IMG/VR virus record: IMGVR_UViG_3300037466_001900
Coordinates: 1,608-65,607 of that record
Source: a virus
Lineage: Duplodnaviria; Caudoviricetes
DNA: 64,000 bases
Strand: one strand, 5' to 3'
Numbering within the stretch: the first letter of the stretch is position 1; each line of letters starts with the position of its first letter. Positions 11,301 through 19,511 of this stretch are shown in pieces. The position numbers were made by a program, and so were the translations under genes. The notes below the pieces were generated by a model. The model worked only from the letters and a program-made list of their open reading frames with translations, did no database searches and had not been told where the DNA came from.

Positions 11301-11317
11301 ACATCAGAAAGCTCTAA
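8312..11317 (+). CDS. Central tail fibre/megatron (host-specificity J-like) with FN3-like domains and a C-terminal Hint domain
   Basis: 1001 aa; GQVIPIGWGR N-terminus, YNRVQIQFPDRTNEY, two FN3-like repeats, Hint motifs at the C-terminus. Confidence 0.85.
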   Translation: MGGSSSNTVTVGSKLAGMSIQTSLLGQVIPIGWGRGKLSCNLIDYLNFRAIPHTTTTTTGGGKGGGSSSTSTTDYTYTADVIMSLCDAGPNGIVGVNRVWKDSGKFDPPNALSQVGLSLMRGTSTQTAWPYLVSAAPTHALAYRNMAYVYAQAYDLGSEGVVANHSFEVDFPIQFNPGGSVYDAAPKDVLTDFLTNTNAGVPNWPSSANGDWTNWNNYCLANNLLLSPVLDTGTAANQFIQRLLDQTHSDCFFSEGLLKVVPLGDTTATGNGVTWNPDLTPIVDLTEDDFLGEVQLEVMDQTDAYNRVQIQFPDRTNEYNTGVAVADDLDNIIQFGLRQQDPQTFNDICDPQIAMTAAHLWLNRQLYIRDQYSFDLPEDVAVFLEPRDYVTLTTTVDGMQLDRKLVSILSIDESEDGHNVFHIVAEGVPGHTANAALYSAHSATGFSPDQNADPGDVATPFIFNVPESLVSSVTTLEVGAAVAGVNDNWGGCFVFLSFDGTNYSQVGQITGPSRYGGLTATLASHADPDTTNTLSVDLSISKGALGTYSHTTADQNATLCLIRDAGGSYELISYGTATLTSANHYDLTYLRRAQFGSTLGAHTNTATFARLDQAIFTLPFDVTKLGQTVYIKFQSYNIYHRALQDLSVCTAYSFVLAKAGAVPDMPTGLALTSGSSWVGPSMDIICDPANRATSYRFDIYKSDGTTLLRQITSSTPSASYTTDQAALDGAQRSYKLAVTAINDSGPSTTTSQISVSNSAPATLSSPSTTGGTYTGQVTATASSDPDLAGYIVFFSPTSGFNPKTTGGVVVGGTLPLNIYGLAAGTYYCRIAAYDPWTNDPDQLNLSTELNFVISTGGGASPSGGGTDGGYDGNCVVEDTPILMAKRDWRWFWLRRCRGAEKPMNQCRPGIDWVWTRHEATGKWGAYQIDALEFVLALAYRASGFPDATAQHHFSPGDGDIRWIRMGYLGDILGMRIVGKMRVKDAHTYVAAGVLSHNIRKL
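10931..11302 (+). other. Hint (intein-like/BIL) autoprocessing domain
   Basis: Block A CVVEDTPI (Cys874), block B TAQH, block F/G DAHTYVAAGVLSHN followed by IRKL*. Confidence 0.8.
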
Positions 11318-11332
11318 AAGGACAGGATACTC

Positions 11333-13066
11333 ATGGAATTTGTGTCATTCCAACTAGCTGATTTTGTTACGGGGGCAGCTATCCCAAATGGTAAATGCGT
11401 TGTCTACCTTAGTGGTTCATCGACACTTGCAGCTCTATTTGATGTTAACGGAGCTTCGATCGCGAACCCAGCAATAGCTAGCAGCCTTGCCCAAGTAGGC
11501 TTTGCCGCAGCCGACGGTCTTTACGACTATCAGCCCCAATATCCCGACGGAACGGCGGCAGGGCCGAAGATCCCTAGACAACGCCTCTTCGATTTAAGCC
11601 AGATTGAAAAGCTCGTCACGCCGCAGCAATACGGCGCTCTGGGCGATGGTGTGCATGACGACACATCCGCTATCAATGCGGCAGCCGCAGCTGCGGTAGC
11701 TCCAGGCATGCCGGGAGTTGTTTTCTTTCCAACGCCACCGGTCTTCTATCGTTGTGATGGGCAATTCAATGCTGAGTCAACGCTCGGTTTGCTGCTCCGT
11801 GGGACAGGCGCTCGGGTAGAGCCATTAACGGACATGCCGCGATGTGCGATCGTCTATACAGGAACGGCATCGTCGTTCTTCAAGGCCGGCAAATCGCATG
11901 GTTTGACGATCAAGGAGCTGGCGATCCAGATTAACAGCTCGTTCTTCACTGGCGACATCTTCACGCTCGACAATGACGGCGCCGGCGGCGCCGTGTCCTA
12001 TTCGACATGCATCGTGGATGCATTTATTGGCGGGCGAACGTCGTCGGCACGTCATGCTCGTTCATGCATTAACGCTTCCGGCGCTGTCGAGCTCATAGTT
12101 CTCCGCACTGAGTTTGGATGGGCCGATCAGCAAATCATAGGCCGTCACAGTGGCTCGACGCAACCTTTCTCGAATGCTGTGAAGATCTCCTTTTGCAGGT
12201 TCAATGGAGCAAACAACCACGCGATCAATGTCTTTGCCGCCGAGCAATGGGATATTGGAACCAATGTCTTCGAGCCGCTATTCGACGGTACAACTGCTGG
12301 CGCAATCTCCGATGTGTTGGTCGGAGGAAGCAGCCGCGGAAGCCACTATGGGGTCTCGATCCACAACAACGGCTTCTGGGACGCTACAACAGGCGGAACG
12401 TGGATCGACATGCTTGTTCAGGGAACGTCGATCAAAGACAATTTCGTCTCGCTTGGTAGCGCAGCAACATTCGCTCATTTCCATGGCGGCGCTGGCCTGA
12501 AACTATCTGGGCAGATCGTACTCGGCTCAGCCGGTGCCACGTTCATCACCGACACCGATGTCGTTATGACCCAGTTCGATGACGATGGCACGAACGTAAT
12601 CGCATCTGGCATTACCTACAACGGCAATCCGTCTGGCTTTGTCTCATGCGATCGGTCATTCCACGACGTCTCGGCGCGGCAGCTCACCGTCACGGCGGAC
12701 GCTGGCGGTGCTGGTGGGTTTGTTCACGCGCGTAAAGCCGTGGCATCATCTGGAGTGTTCGGTGGCGGCTTTTGGGCTGACCGCAACGATAACGTCAATT
12801 ATAGAGGTTACGGGGTATTTAGTTATCTCGACCCCACGATGAGCAAGGAGTGCATAGCTCTCACAGTCGCAGCTGCAACGACCGCTCCGACCGATACATC
12901 TCAGATTAGGATGTTGATAACTCAAGATGGAGCCATGGTCGTTCCCGAAGCCGCTGCCGCATCTGTGAATGCCCCAGCATCCGGCTGGCAAGCCATATTT
13001 CTCGATACATCTGACCATAAGCTGAAGCGCAAAGATAGCTCCGGGACTGTTACTATACTGGCCTAG
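11333..13066 (+). CDS. Tailspike/depolymerase with right-handed beta-helix (pectate lyase 3-like)
   Basis: VTPQQYGALGDGVHDDTSAINAA motif followed by beta-helix-like repeats. Confidence 0.8.
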   Translation: MEFVSFQLADFVTGAAIPNGKCVVYLSGSSTLAALFDVNGASIANPAIASSLAQVGFAAADGLYDYQPQYPDGTAAGPKIPRQRLFDLSQIEKLVTPQQYGALGDGVHDDTSAINAAAAAAVAPGMPGVVFFPTPPVFYRCDGQFNAESTLGLLLRGTGARVEPLTDMPRCAIVYTGTASSFFKAGKSHGLTIKELAIQINSSFFTGDIFTLDNDGAGGAVSYSTCIVDAFIGGRTSSARHARSCINASGAVELIVLRTEFGWADQQIIGRHSGSTQPFSNAVKISFCRFNGANNHAINVFAAEQWDIGTNVFEPLFDGTTAGAISDVLVGGSSRGSHYGVSIHNNGFWDATTGGTWIDMLVQGTSIKDNFVSLGSAATFAHFHGGAGLKLSGQIVLGSAGATFITDTDVVMTQFDDDGTNVIASGITYNGNPSGFVSCDRSFHDVSARQLTVTADAGGAGGFVHARKAVASSGVFGGGFWADRNDNVNYRGYGVFSYLDPTMSKECIALTVAAATTAPTDTSQIRMLITQDGAMVVPEAAAASVNAPASGWQAIFLDTSDHKLKRKDSSGTVTILA

Positions 13067-13069
13067 ATA

Positions 13070-13378
13070 ATGTATTTGCGATATTCAGGTCGCCTTAGCC
13101 AAAGAGATGTCCTCCGAGGGGCTGCTCATCGTTATCCTGTAAGCCAGGACGAACTCAAAGTCCTCGCCTTCATCTATCACAACCCCAGATGCCACCGTAA
13201 ACAGATTATGGGTTCTTTGAACCTAGAGTACTTTACTGTTGAACACCTGATCAATCTTCTTCGAGGGAGGAAGTGGATTGAGGAGAAAGTAGCTAAAGCC
13301 AGAGGCTACACTTTCGAATATACTACAACATCTCTAGGGTATCACACACTTTGCAATCAGGAGATAGGTAATGCGTAA
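13070..13378 (+). CDS. Winged-helix (MarR-like) protein
   Basis: LAFIYHNP...LRGRKWIE...YTTTSLG wHTH pattern. Confidence 0.55.
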   Translation: MYLRYSGRLSQRDVLRGAAHRYPVSQDELKVLAFIYHNPRCHRKQIMGSLNLEYFTVEHLINLLRGRKWIEEKVAKARGYTFEYTTTSLGYHTLCNQEIGNA

Positions 13379-13393
13379 CAGAGGGTCAAACTG

Positions 13394-13807
13394 ATGCCGC
13401 CGTCCAAGCCCCAGGATCTAGGCGAGCGCCTAGCCGGGATGGAAGCCAGGTTCGAGTCATTCGAGAGGTATACTCATGAACGGTGGCATCAACTTAACAA
13501 TGACCTCCAACCCTTGACGATGCTGCCTGAGCGTATAGCTCGCGACATGGGCAAGATCCAGGGGATATTCGAAGGAAGGATTGTGTCCGTATCCAAGGAC
13601 CTCGAGCGCAGCATGGAGGCCGCGATCGAGAAGGCCCTTAGGCCTGCAACCCAAGACATCAAGAAACTCCAGACCGACGTCGACAGGCTGAAAATCAAAA
13701 GCGGCCAAGACAGCGCTCTTCGGCGTTTCTTCACCTCGGCAATCCAGACCATCCTGGCCGCAATCGGGGCTTTCGCAGCAATCTACGCGCTAATGCCCCA
13801 TCACTAG
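13394..13807 (+). CDS. Coiled-coil protein with C-terminal TM helix (lysis cassette)
   Basis: Heptad region plus C-terminal hydrophobic helix; upstream of holin and endolysin. Confidence 0.55.
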   Translation: MPPSKPQDLGERLAGMEARFESFERYTHERWHQLNNDLQPLTMLPERIARDMGKIQGIFEGRIVSVSKDLERSMEAAIEKALRPATQDIKKLQTDVDRLKIKSGQDSALRRFFTSAIQTILAAIGAFAAIYALMPHH

Positions 13808-13816
13808 GAGATTTCC

Positions 13817-14104
13817 ATGAGACTCGTCGACTTTCTCAACAAGCATCTGATCGACTGCTGGAGGAGCGCCCTTAGGCTGCGGATTATCCAGCTCCATACC
13901 TTCATTACTCTCTTGGTGGGCGCCCTTTACAATCTCGCCAAGTCATACCCCACCCTGGCCCAGGACGCTATTAGCAAGCTACCTCCTACGCTGATGAAGC
14001 CGACGGTAGTGAACCTGGTCCTTCTGGTGTGGCTTCTAGTCGGAGCGTACGCCCGTCTCGTTCCTCAGCCTAACCTTCCACCTCCTCAAGAGCCGAAGCC
14101 CTGA
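13817..14104 (+). CDS. Putative holin
   Basis: LIDCWRSALRL..IQ N-terminus, two TM helices, directly upstream of endolysin. Confidence 0.6.
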   Translation: MRLVDFLNKHLIDCWRSALRLRIIQLHTFITLLVGALYNLAKSYPTLAQDAISKLPPTLMKPTVVNLVLLVWLLVGAYARLVPQPNLPPPQEPKP

Positions 14105-14844
14105 TGCACATCTGGCACGCCTTAACCAGCTGGGTCGGGGCGTGGCTTGCTCCGATCGGGGTCGTAGCCTTAGCGATCAAGGCCCGCTCGGCTAAAGCGG
14201 CGGCCCCTCCGGAGGCGAGCGGGCCTTCGGTCCCACCAATCCCTAGTTCCCTGCCCGCACCCCCATCTCCGGAGGTTATAGAAGACGGGCTTACCGCCCA
14301 GGGAGTAGCTGAACTCGTCCATCACGAGTCGATCTGCCTTGAAGCCTATAAGGACGTTCGGAAGATCTGGACCTGGGGCGTAGGCGTTACTGATACTAGT
14401 GGACATAACGTCGAACGATATATCGACCATCCGGCTTTGCTTAGTCAGTGCCTTATTATATTTGTCTGGCTGCTGCGGAAAAACTACCTCCCTGATGTCA
14501 AGAAAGCTTTTGCAGGCTACGCATTGACCGAAACACAATTAGCTGCAGCTCTATCCTTCCATTACAACACTGGGGCCATCCTTCATGCTACCTGGATCGA
14601 CCACTGGAAGGTGGGGGACATTACTGGGGCGAAAACCTCGTTCATGCAGTGGGACCATCCCATCTCGGTTACTGGGCGCAGGCAGGATGAGAGGGACCTG
14701 TTCTTCGACGGGAAGTGGGCCGGCGATGGAACTGCCATGATCTACCCCGTGTTAAAGCCATCTTACCAACCGGACTTTCACCACGGGACCAAGATCTATG
14801 TCTTGGCTTCGCTTAACGAGATCTTGAAGGGAGAAACGAAATGA
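14104..14844 (+). CDS. Endolysin, GH24 (T4/lambda-R type) lysozyme with N-terminal hydrophobic segment
   Basis: Catalytic E-x8-D-x5-T (HESICLEAYKDVRKIWT); ALSFHYNTG; SAR-like N-terminus and Pro-rich linker. Confidence 0.88.
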   Translation: MHIWHALTSWVGAWLAPIGVVALAIKARSAKAAAPPEASGPSVPPIPSSLPAPPSPEVIEDGLTAQGVAELVHHESICLEAYKDVRKIWTWGVGVTDTSGHNVERYIDHPALLSQCLIIFVWLLRKNYLPDVKKAFAGYALTETQLAAALSFHYNTGAILHATWIDHWKVGDITGAKTSFMQWDHPISVTGRRQDERDLFFDGKWAGDGTAMIYPVLKPSYQPDFHHGTKIYVLASLNEILKGETK

Positions 14845-15005
14845 GCATCCTTATCTTCATCCTGGTTGTGCTGATCGTGCTGTTCCTGGTTCTTTATGCT
14901 CTTGAGCAGGTTCCTATCACTCCTCCATTCAACTGGCTCATCCGCCTTCTGATCGTCCTGATCGCGGTTGTGATCATCGCCCAGAAGGCGGGTCTCCCAT
15001 CATGA
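14841..15005 (+). CDS. Small two-TM membrane protein (54 aa), not in ORF track
   Basis: MSILIFILVVLIVLFLVLYALEQVP...LIVLIAVVIIAQKAGLPS*; ATGA overlaps at both ends. Confidence 0.7.
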   Translation: MSILIFILVVLIVLFLVLYALEQVPITPPFNWLIRLLIVLIAVVIIAQKAGLPS

Positions 15006-15499
15006 CCGGAATGGTAGCTGGAGTTGGCTTCAAGGCCGTAGCCGGCAAGATCTTTGGGGACTTTGGCCGATGGATTGGCAGACAGGATGCCATCCATCTC
15101 CTGGCCTGGGCCTTGGCTGTGTTTGCTATAGTCGAGTTCGTCCATATCCATGGGTTCGAGGTCAAGCTACCTTTTGGGGCCAAGATCCATTTCGTGGGTA
15201 TGCAGGGCAAGATCGACGCGGCCAACGCTAAGACGGCTCAGGTCGAGAAAGACCTCCAGACTAGCCGGGCCAACGAGGCCGGCCTAACCAAAGCGATCCA
15301 GGATCAGAACAAGTCAATCGCCGACCTATCCAGCAAGTCGGCTGCCCAACAGACCGCGGCGTTGAAAGCCCTAGGGGTTGCTTCCTCGCGGGCTGATGCC
15401 GCTGCGGCCGCGGCTCGAAGGTTGAAGACTAGCGCGGCCCAGCGACCGTCTGGGGCGGCCTGCGAGCCTTCGGCAACCTTGAAGAAGCAGTGGCACTAA
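15002..15499 (+). CDS. Inner-membrane spanin (Rz-like)
   Basis: N-terminal TM, Ala/Gln/Lys coiled coil, C-terminal Cys. Confidence 0.7.
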   Translation: MTGMVAGVGFKAVAGKIFGDFGRWIGRQDAIHLLAWALAVFAIVEFVHIHGFEVKLPFGAKIHFVGMQGKIDAANAKTAQVEKDLQTSRANEAGLTKAIQDQNKSIADLSSKSAAQQTAALKALGVASSRADAAAAAARRLKTSAAQRPSGAACEPSATLKKQWH

Positions 15500-15500
15500 C

Positions 15501-15821
15501 GTGCGACTAACGGAACTTGATCCTGAATGGGTATGCGACGGCACTGGCCATAGTTATCGTCGGACGGAGAAGTTCGAGGAGGCTCAAGGCATACTCTTCG
15601 CCTGTCCATTCTGCTTCCGGAAGAACGGAGGCCTGGTGGGGACGCACATGATTCTAATCTGGTTCGCTAACCGGGGTGTTCCGGATGTCTGTGAGCCCAC
15701 ACCTCGCTGGACTGCTACCGGAACAGGGTTCGACGACTTAAGTGTCACTCCTTCTATCAATCTCGCAATCAACCGAGAGGAATGGCATGGCTGGATCACA
15801 AATGGGGAGATACTAGGATGA
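15501..15821 (+). CDS. Conserved hypothetical protein (DUF6527-like)
   Basis: CPFC, H, LSVTPSI..WHGWITNG motifs. Confidence 0.55.
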   Translation: MRLTELDPEWVCDGTGHSYRRTEKFEEAQGILFACPFCFRKNGGLVGTHMILIWFANRGVPDVCEPTPRWTATGTGFDDLSVTPSINLAINREEWHGWITNGEILG

Positions 15822-16129
15822 ATCGTTTAATAGTTGCAGCGGCCGTCTTGCTATCGGGCTGCCTCGGTCGAGGCCAGCATGTTCAGCCAGTCAAGATCGT
15901 CGAGGTCGACAAGGCAGTCGCGATCCAGCCGATCACCAAGGACCAGATCCCGCCCCTGCCTGCCCAATTAGGCAAGCGGCCCAATGACGCTAGGCAGGCC
16001 GCGGATATGGCCTTGGCGGGAAGGTGTGATGCGATTGCGTTTGTCATCAAGGCCTATCCTCTCCTTCTTCAGAGCGCGGGATTAGCACCGGCCCAAGCTC
16101 CTGACTACCCCGAGTGCAAGGATCAGTAA
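15818..16129 (+). CDS. Outer-membrane spanin lipoprotein (Rz1-like)
   Basis: Start at ATG 15818; lipobox LLSG-C; Pro-rich with two more Cys. Confidence 0.72.
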   Translation: MNRLIVAAAVLLSGCLGRGQHVQPVKIVEVDKAVAIQPITKDQIPPLPAQLGKRPNDARQAADMALAGRCDAIAFVIKAYPLLLQSAGLAPAQAPDYPECKDQ

Positions 16130-16130
16130 C

Positions 16131-16418
16131 ATGACGGTAGCAGACCTAGCTGCCTCAATTGGAAAGGGACTTAAGATGATTGATCAGAAAATCCAAGATG
16201 TGCTCGACCGGATCAAAGCAGCCCTGGCTTCGGCTGAGGCCAATGCCTCGCAAGTCGCCGGCCTTCAGGGACAGGTTGCCGACCTGACCTCGAAACTGAA
16301 CGACGCCCAGGCCCAGGTTGCTGATCTGGAAGCGGCGATTGTCGCTCTTGATCCTGGTGGAAGCACAACCGCCTCACCGCCGACGGATGGATCGGGTTCT
16401 GGGGACCTTACCCCGTGA
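16131..16418 (+). CDS. Coiled-coil hypothetical protein
   Basis: Heptad QVADL..KL..AQAQVADLEAAI; Gly/Ser/Thr tail. Confidence 0.55.
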   Translation: MTVADLAASIGKGLKMIDQKIQDVLDRIKAALASAEANASQVAGLQGQVADLTSKLNDAQAQVADLEAAIVALDPGGSTTASPPTDGSGSGDLTP

Positions 16419-16876
16419 TCACGTCCGATACGGCAGACCAGATCGAGCAGCTTGGTCTGGCTATCTTCAACCCGCACACGGAGGCTGGAAGCGGAAACCA
16501 CTCGACCGGTCTCCAAGCTGCAGATCCTTTAATCGACGCTCAGCTGGCTTCGCTGATAGGCCCAGTCATGCTGGCGATCGACGGACGAACACTAGCCCAG
16601 GGGTTCAAGTACACCCTGAACGTAACCAACGCTCTCCAGCTTCGGGCTAAGCATTGGTATCTACGGGGAGTGGAAGAACTTGACGCCACAAGCTTCTGGC
16701 CTTGTTCGACTGCTATGGAGTTCATCCCAACCGCCGGCACGGTTCTGGGAGGAACCAGCTCCTTTGGCTACTCAATTGGTCTTTCGACCTGTGCCTGCAT
16801 TTGCAAGACCTGGGCGACCATCATTCGCATGTGGCTAGCTGGAAACTATCCATTGGCAGTGACTCAGCCCCAATAG
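16415..16876 (+). CDS. Hypothetical protein
   Basis: GTGA overlap; last gene before the terminator. Confidence 0.55.
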   Translation: MITSDTADQIEQLGLAIFNPHTEAGSGNHSTGLQAADPLIDAQLASLIGPVMLAIDGRTLAQGFKYTLNVTNALQLRAKHWYLRGVEELDATSFWPCSTAMEFIPTAGTVLGGTSSFGYSIGLSTCACICKTWATIIRMWLAGNYPLAVTQPQ

Positions 16877-16900
16877 GGTTATATTTGGCTCAAGATCCTG

Positions 16901-16934
16901 AAAAGGCCTCGGAACCAGCGTTCCGGGGCCTTTT
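16901..16934. terminator. Bidirectional intrinsic terminator
   Basis: AAAAGGCCTCGGAAC-cagc-GTTCCGGGGCCTTTT between convergent modules. Confidence 0.85.
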
Positions 16935-17039
16935 CTGCGTGTGCTCCGTGGACGGAGACGACGGGTGCGGGCTCCGCCTATGGTCCGATACCCCGGGAAA
17001 GCCCGTGATTTTCCTTAGTCCAGGGAAAACTTCAGATTA

Positions 17040-17498
17040 CTATGCCCTTAGCTGAAGCTGCTCCTTGGGTAATTGGATAAGCTCCCTTCCCGCCCTACGC
17101 CACCATTCGATCGCATCCGGATGTGGGTAGATTTCCCGGCAGACAATTCGTTTCGCCGAGGTGCCTAGCAAAAGCTTGACACAGGACAGGCACGGAGAGG
17201 CGGTCACGTAAACCGTGTCGACCTTCCACGGGTCGCTGAGCAGCAAGCAGGCGTTCTGCTCTGCATGTATGGCCTCGCACTTGTCGAGGCCTTCGCCCGA
17301 CCCATACGTTGCGCCTGGGCAAGGTTCGCCTTCCGAACAGTGGGGGCGACCGCTAGCCGGCCCATTGTAGCCGGTAGCCATGATCCTCCCCCTAGCATCA
17401 ACTATAACGCACCCAACCTGGCGTCGGGGGCATGTGCCGCGCTGTGCAATGGTCTCGGCGACCCTAAGCCACGTTTCATCCCTCGAAGGTCTTGTCAT
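17040..17498 (-). CDS. dCMP deaminase
   Basis: HAE and PCLSC Zn motifs; CPRRQVGCVIV; ATGYNG. Confidence 0.92.
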   Translation of the reverse strand: MTRPSRDETWLRVAETIAQRGTCPRRQVGCVIVDARGRIMATGYNGPASGRPHCSEGEPCPGATYGSGEGLDKCEAIHAEQNACLLLSDPWKVDTVYVTASPCLSCVKLLLGTSAKRIVCREIYPHPDAIEWWRRAGRELIQLPKEQLQLRA

Positions 17499-17689
17499 AC
17501 CTCAATCCCAGAAGAGTTTTGCATACTCCTATACTCCTCAAAAAGCAGCCTAGGATTAGACCACCCACTGGACCACCATTGACGGGGTTCAGCCTCTGAG
17601 TAAGGGTTCATAGAATGCGAAAACCCGTCCAGATAGGCGTGTTGACCAGCAACGTAGAACTTCTTTCTCTCTTCTTCATTATAGGTCAT
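17495..17689 (-). CDS. Rmf/CrpP-fold-like small protein
   Basis: Start re-placed at ATG 17689; GQHAYLDG...NPY...WWSSGW pattern. Confidence 0.5.
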   Translation of the reverse strand: MTYNEEERKKFYVAGQHAYLDGFSHSMNPYSEAEPRQWWSSGWSNPRLLFEEYRSMQNSSGIEV

Positions 17690-19074
17690 ACTAAACCTCC
17701 TTTCAGCTCCGGGAACAAGGGACACTCGGCTCGGTGCCAACACATCTTGCAGGCACCCGCCTGGTTCGAATAGCCGCCGAGACGGCAGAAGTCCTCTTTG
17801 GCCTTAGTGACCTTGGGATTGGGCTTCAAGACCCTGTGGCCCGTGGTTATGAACGTGTCGCGATTTATGAACGCCTGGACTTGCTCAGCTACGTAGGTCG
17901 TGAACTGCAGGGGCATCGACTTGCCGGTCTGCTTGATCCCCCGCTGGCCATCTGAATTATAGGGTTCCCAGACTTCCCGACCAGGCCCCTCTTCGTCATG
18001 GTGGAACAGGAAGTCGTCGGGGAAACCCTGGATCGCCGCCCGTTCCCGCACAGACAGTGGAGAGCGCCGGATGGGGTGAATGGGATTGTAGCCGCCTGAG
18101 AGAACTGGACAGAAGCCCTCCCACTTGGGATTAGTCGTTCCAGGGCGAACCTTCTGTTCACCTGCCGGCGAATAGTACTTCAGGTTCTTACCCCAGTCAC
18201 CCGTCTTGAACAATTCGCTGAGTTCACCCCAGCTAGACCGTTCGCCATACCATCGCATATTGACGTATCGGCCTGGAACATATGTAGGGTCGACAAACGC
18301 GTGATTTGGAACACCGCCGGCGGGCACATCGAGGAAACGCCCGATAACATCCTTGAGAACCAAGCCATGCTCTTTCTCTCCTGGCACAAAAACGAAACCT
18401 TCGGATTTCTTGGCCCCGATGATGAACATCCGGTTTCGGTGCTTCTGGATATTGCCGTAACCCCAGTTGCTGATCCACTCAGGGAAGAGATCGTAGTCAG
18501 GAAGCATCCTGACATATTCGCTCATGGGCAATGGGATAAAACTATCGGGCAGGTCGTCCATCAAGAAGAAGCGCGGCTGGAGCTCGGCTACCAGTTTAAG
18601 GAAGAGCGGGAGGTCCGAGACATCCTCTCCTCGCGTTGCCTGATACTCCCCGTTACCTGCAACGACTGAATGTGAGAGCGAGGAATAGCGTCCACACTCA
18701 GGATGACCAAGGGCCAGGTCGATAGACCCTGGCAACATGTTCTTGGGAACATCATCCAGTCCTCGAGCATTGAAGGCACCGGGAAAGTAATTACAGAAAG
18801 TCGAGTCACCGGTCTGTCTCCTGAACCTATAGTAGTCGCGCCACTCGATATTGCCAACGACCTTATAGCCCAAGAGGTGCGGTCCGATCAGCATCGAGCC
18901 GACGCCGCTGGTTATTCCGAACGCCGTGAGCGGCCGCATGCTGGGCAGTTCGCCGACTGGCTCCTGGAACACTGGCATTCGCTTATACTTGGCCATAGTC
19001 GGCTTATCGAGGAGCCCGAACCGCTCCTCGATCGAGTCGGCCTTTCTATGTTGCCACGTTGCTGATTTAGACAT
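17686..19074 (-). CDS. Divergent C5-cytosine DNA methyltransferase-like enzyme
   Basis: Motifs in order: I (TSGVGS), IV (HPECGRYS, Cys127), VI (DDL for ENV), VIII (QKHRNRMFIIG), IX (REraAIQGFPDDF), X (QTGKSMP, Lys385); C-terminal Cys cluster. Confidence 0.85.
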   Translation of the reverse strand: MSKSATWQHRKADSIEERFGLLDKPTMAKYKRMPVFQEPVGELPSMRPLTAFGITSGVGSMLIGPHLLGYKVVGNIEWRDYYRFRRQTGDSTFCNYFPGAFNARGLDDVPKNMLPGSIDLALGHPECGRYSSLSHSVVAGNGEYQATRGEDVSDLPLFLKLVAELQPRFFLMDDLPDSFIPLPMSEYVRMLPDYDLFPEWISNWGYGNIQKHRNRMFIIGAKKSEGFVFVPGEKEHGLVLKDVIGRFLDVPAGGVPNHAFVDPTYVPGRYVNMRWYGERSSWGELSELFKTGDWGKNLKYYSPAGEQKVRPGTTNPKWEGFCPVLSGGYNPIHPIRRSPLSVRERAAIQGFPDDFLFHHDEEGPGREVWEPYNSDGQRGIKQTGKSMPLQFTTYVAEQVQAFINRDTFITTGHRVLKPNPKVTKAKEDFCRLGGYSNQAGACKMCWHRAECPLFPELKGGLV

Positions 19075-19330
19075 CTTTCAAAACCTCCCTGGCATGTGTC
19101 AGGGGTAGGCTTTCCCCCGCATGGTAAACCTTATAGAAACCGTCGAGCTGTTGCTCGCATTTAGCAGTATGGTCGACAAGGAGCTCGAGGGCTTTACGAA
19201 GGCGAGCGGCCTTCTCGGCGGCCAGGATAAACCCCTGAACCCGCTTGACCGCTTCGTAAGGCCCGTGGACGAACAGGCGGGTCGATCCGTCTCCCACCCC
19301 GATCGTGGTTTCATAATCAGCCACGACCAT
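19067..19330 (-). CDS. Hypothetical protein
   Basis: Coupled ORF inside the modification operon. Confidence 0.55.
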   Translation of the reverse strand: MVVADYETTIGVGDGSTRLFVHGPYEAVKRVQGFILAAEKAARLRKALELLVDHTAKCEQQLDGFYKVYHAGESLPLTHAREVLKDV

Positions 19331-19511
19331 GGACCTTTATGTAGACAAACCAGATAGGGGACAGAATAATGCAGGTCACAAAGGTCAGAGCCAGGACGAA
19401 CCAATTATGAGGTTCTCCTAGGATCTGGTCTTTGTGCTCTATAAAGTCAAAGACTGTAAGAGCGAACCCGCAAACTATCCAGGCAAATGCTATGGAGGAC
19501 AACAACGTCAT
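19317..19511 (-). CDS. Small two-TM membrane protein
   Basis: Two hydrophobic helices; ATGA overlap. Confidence 0.55.
   Translation of the reverse strand: MTLLSSIAFAWIVCGFALTVFDFIEHKDQILGEPHNWFVLALTFVTCIILSPIWFVYIKVHGRG

Noticed and set aside
10931-11317. Canonical splicing intein
   Set aside because: No endonuclease, +1 residue is Ile, and the C-extein is only four residues
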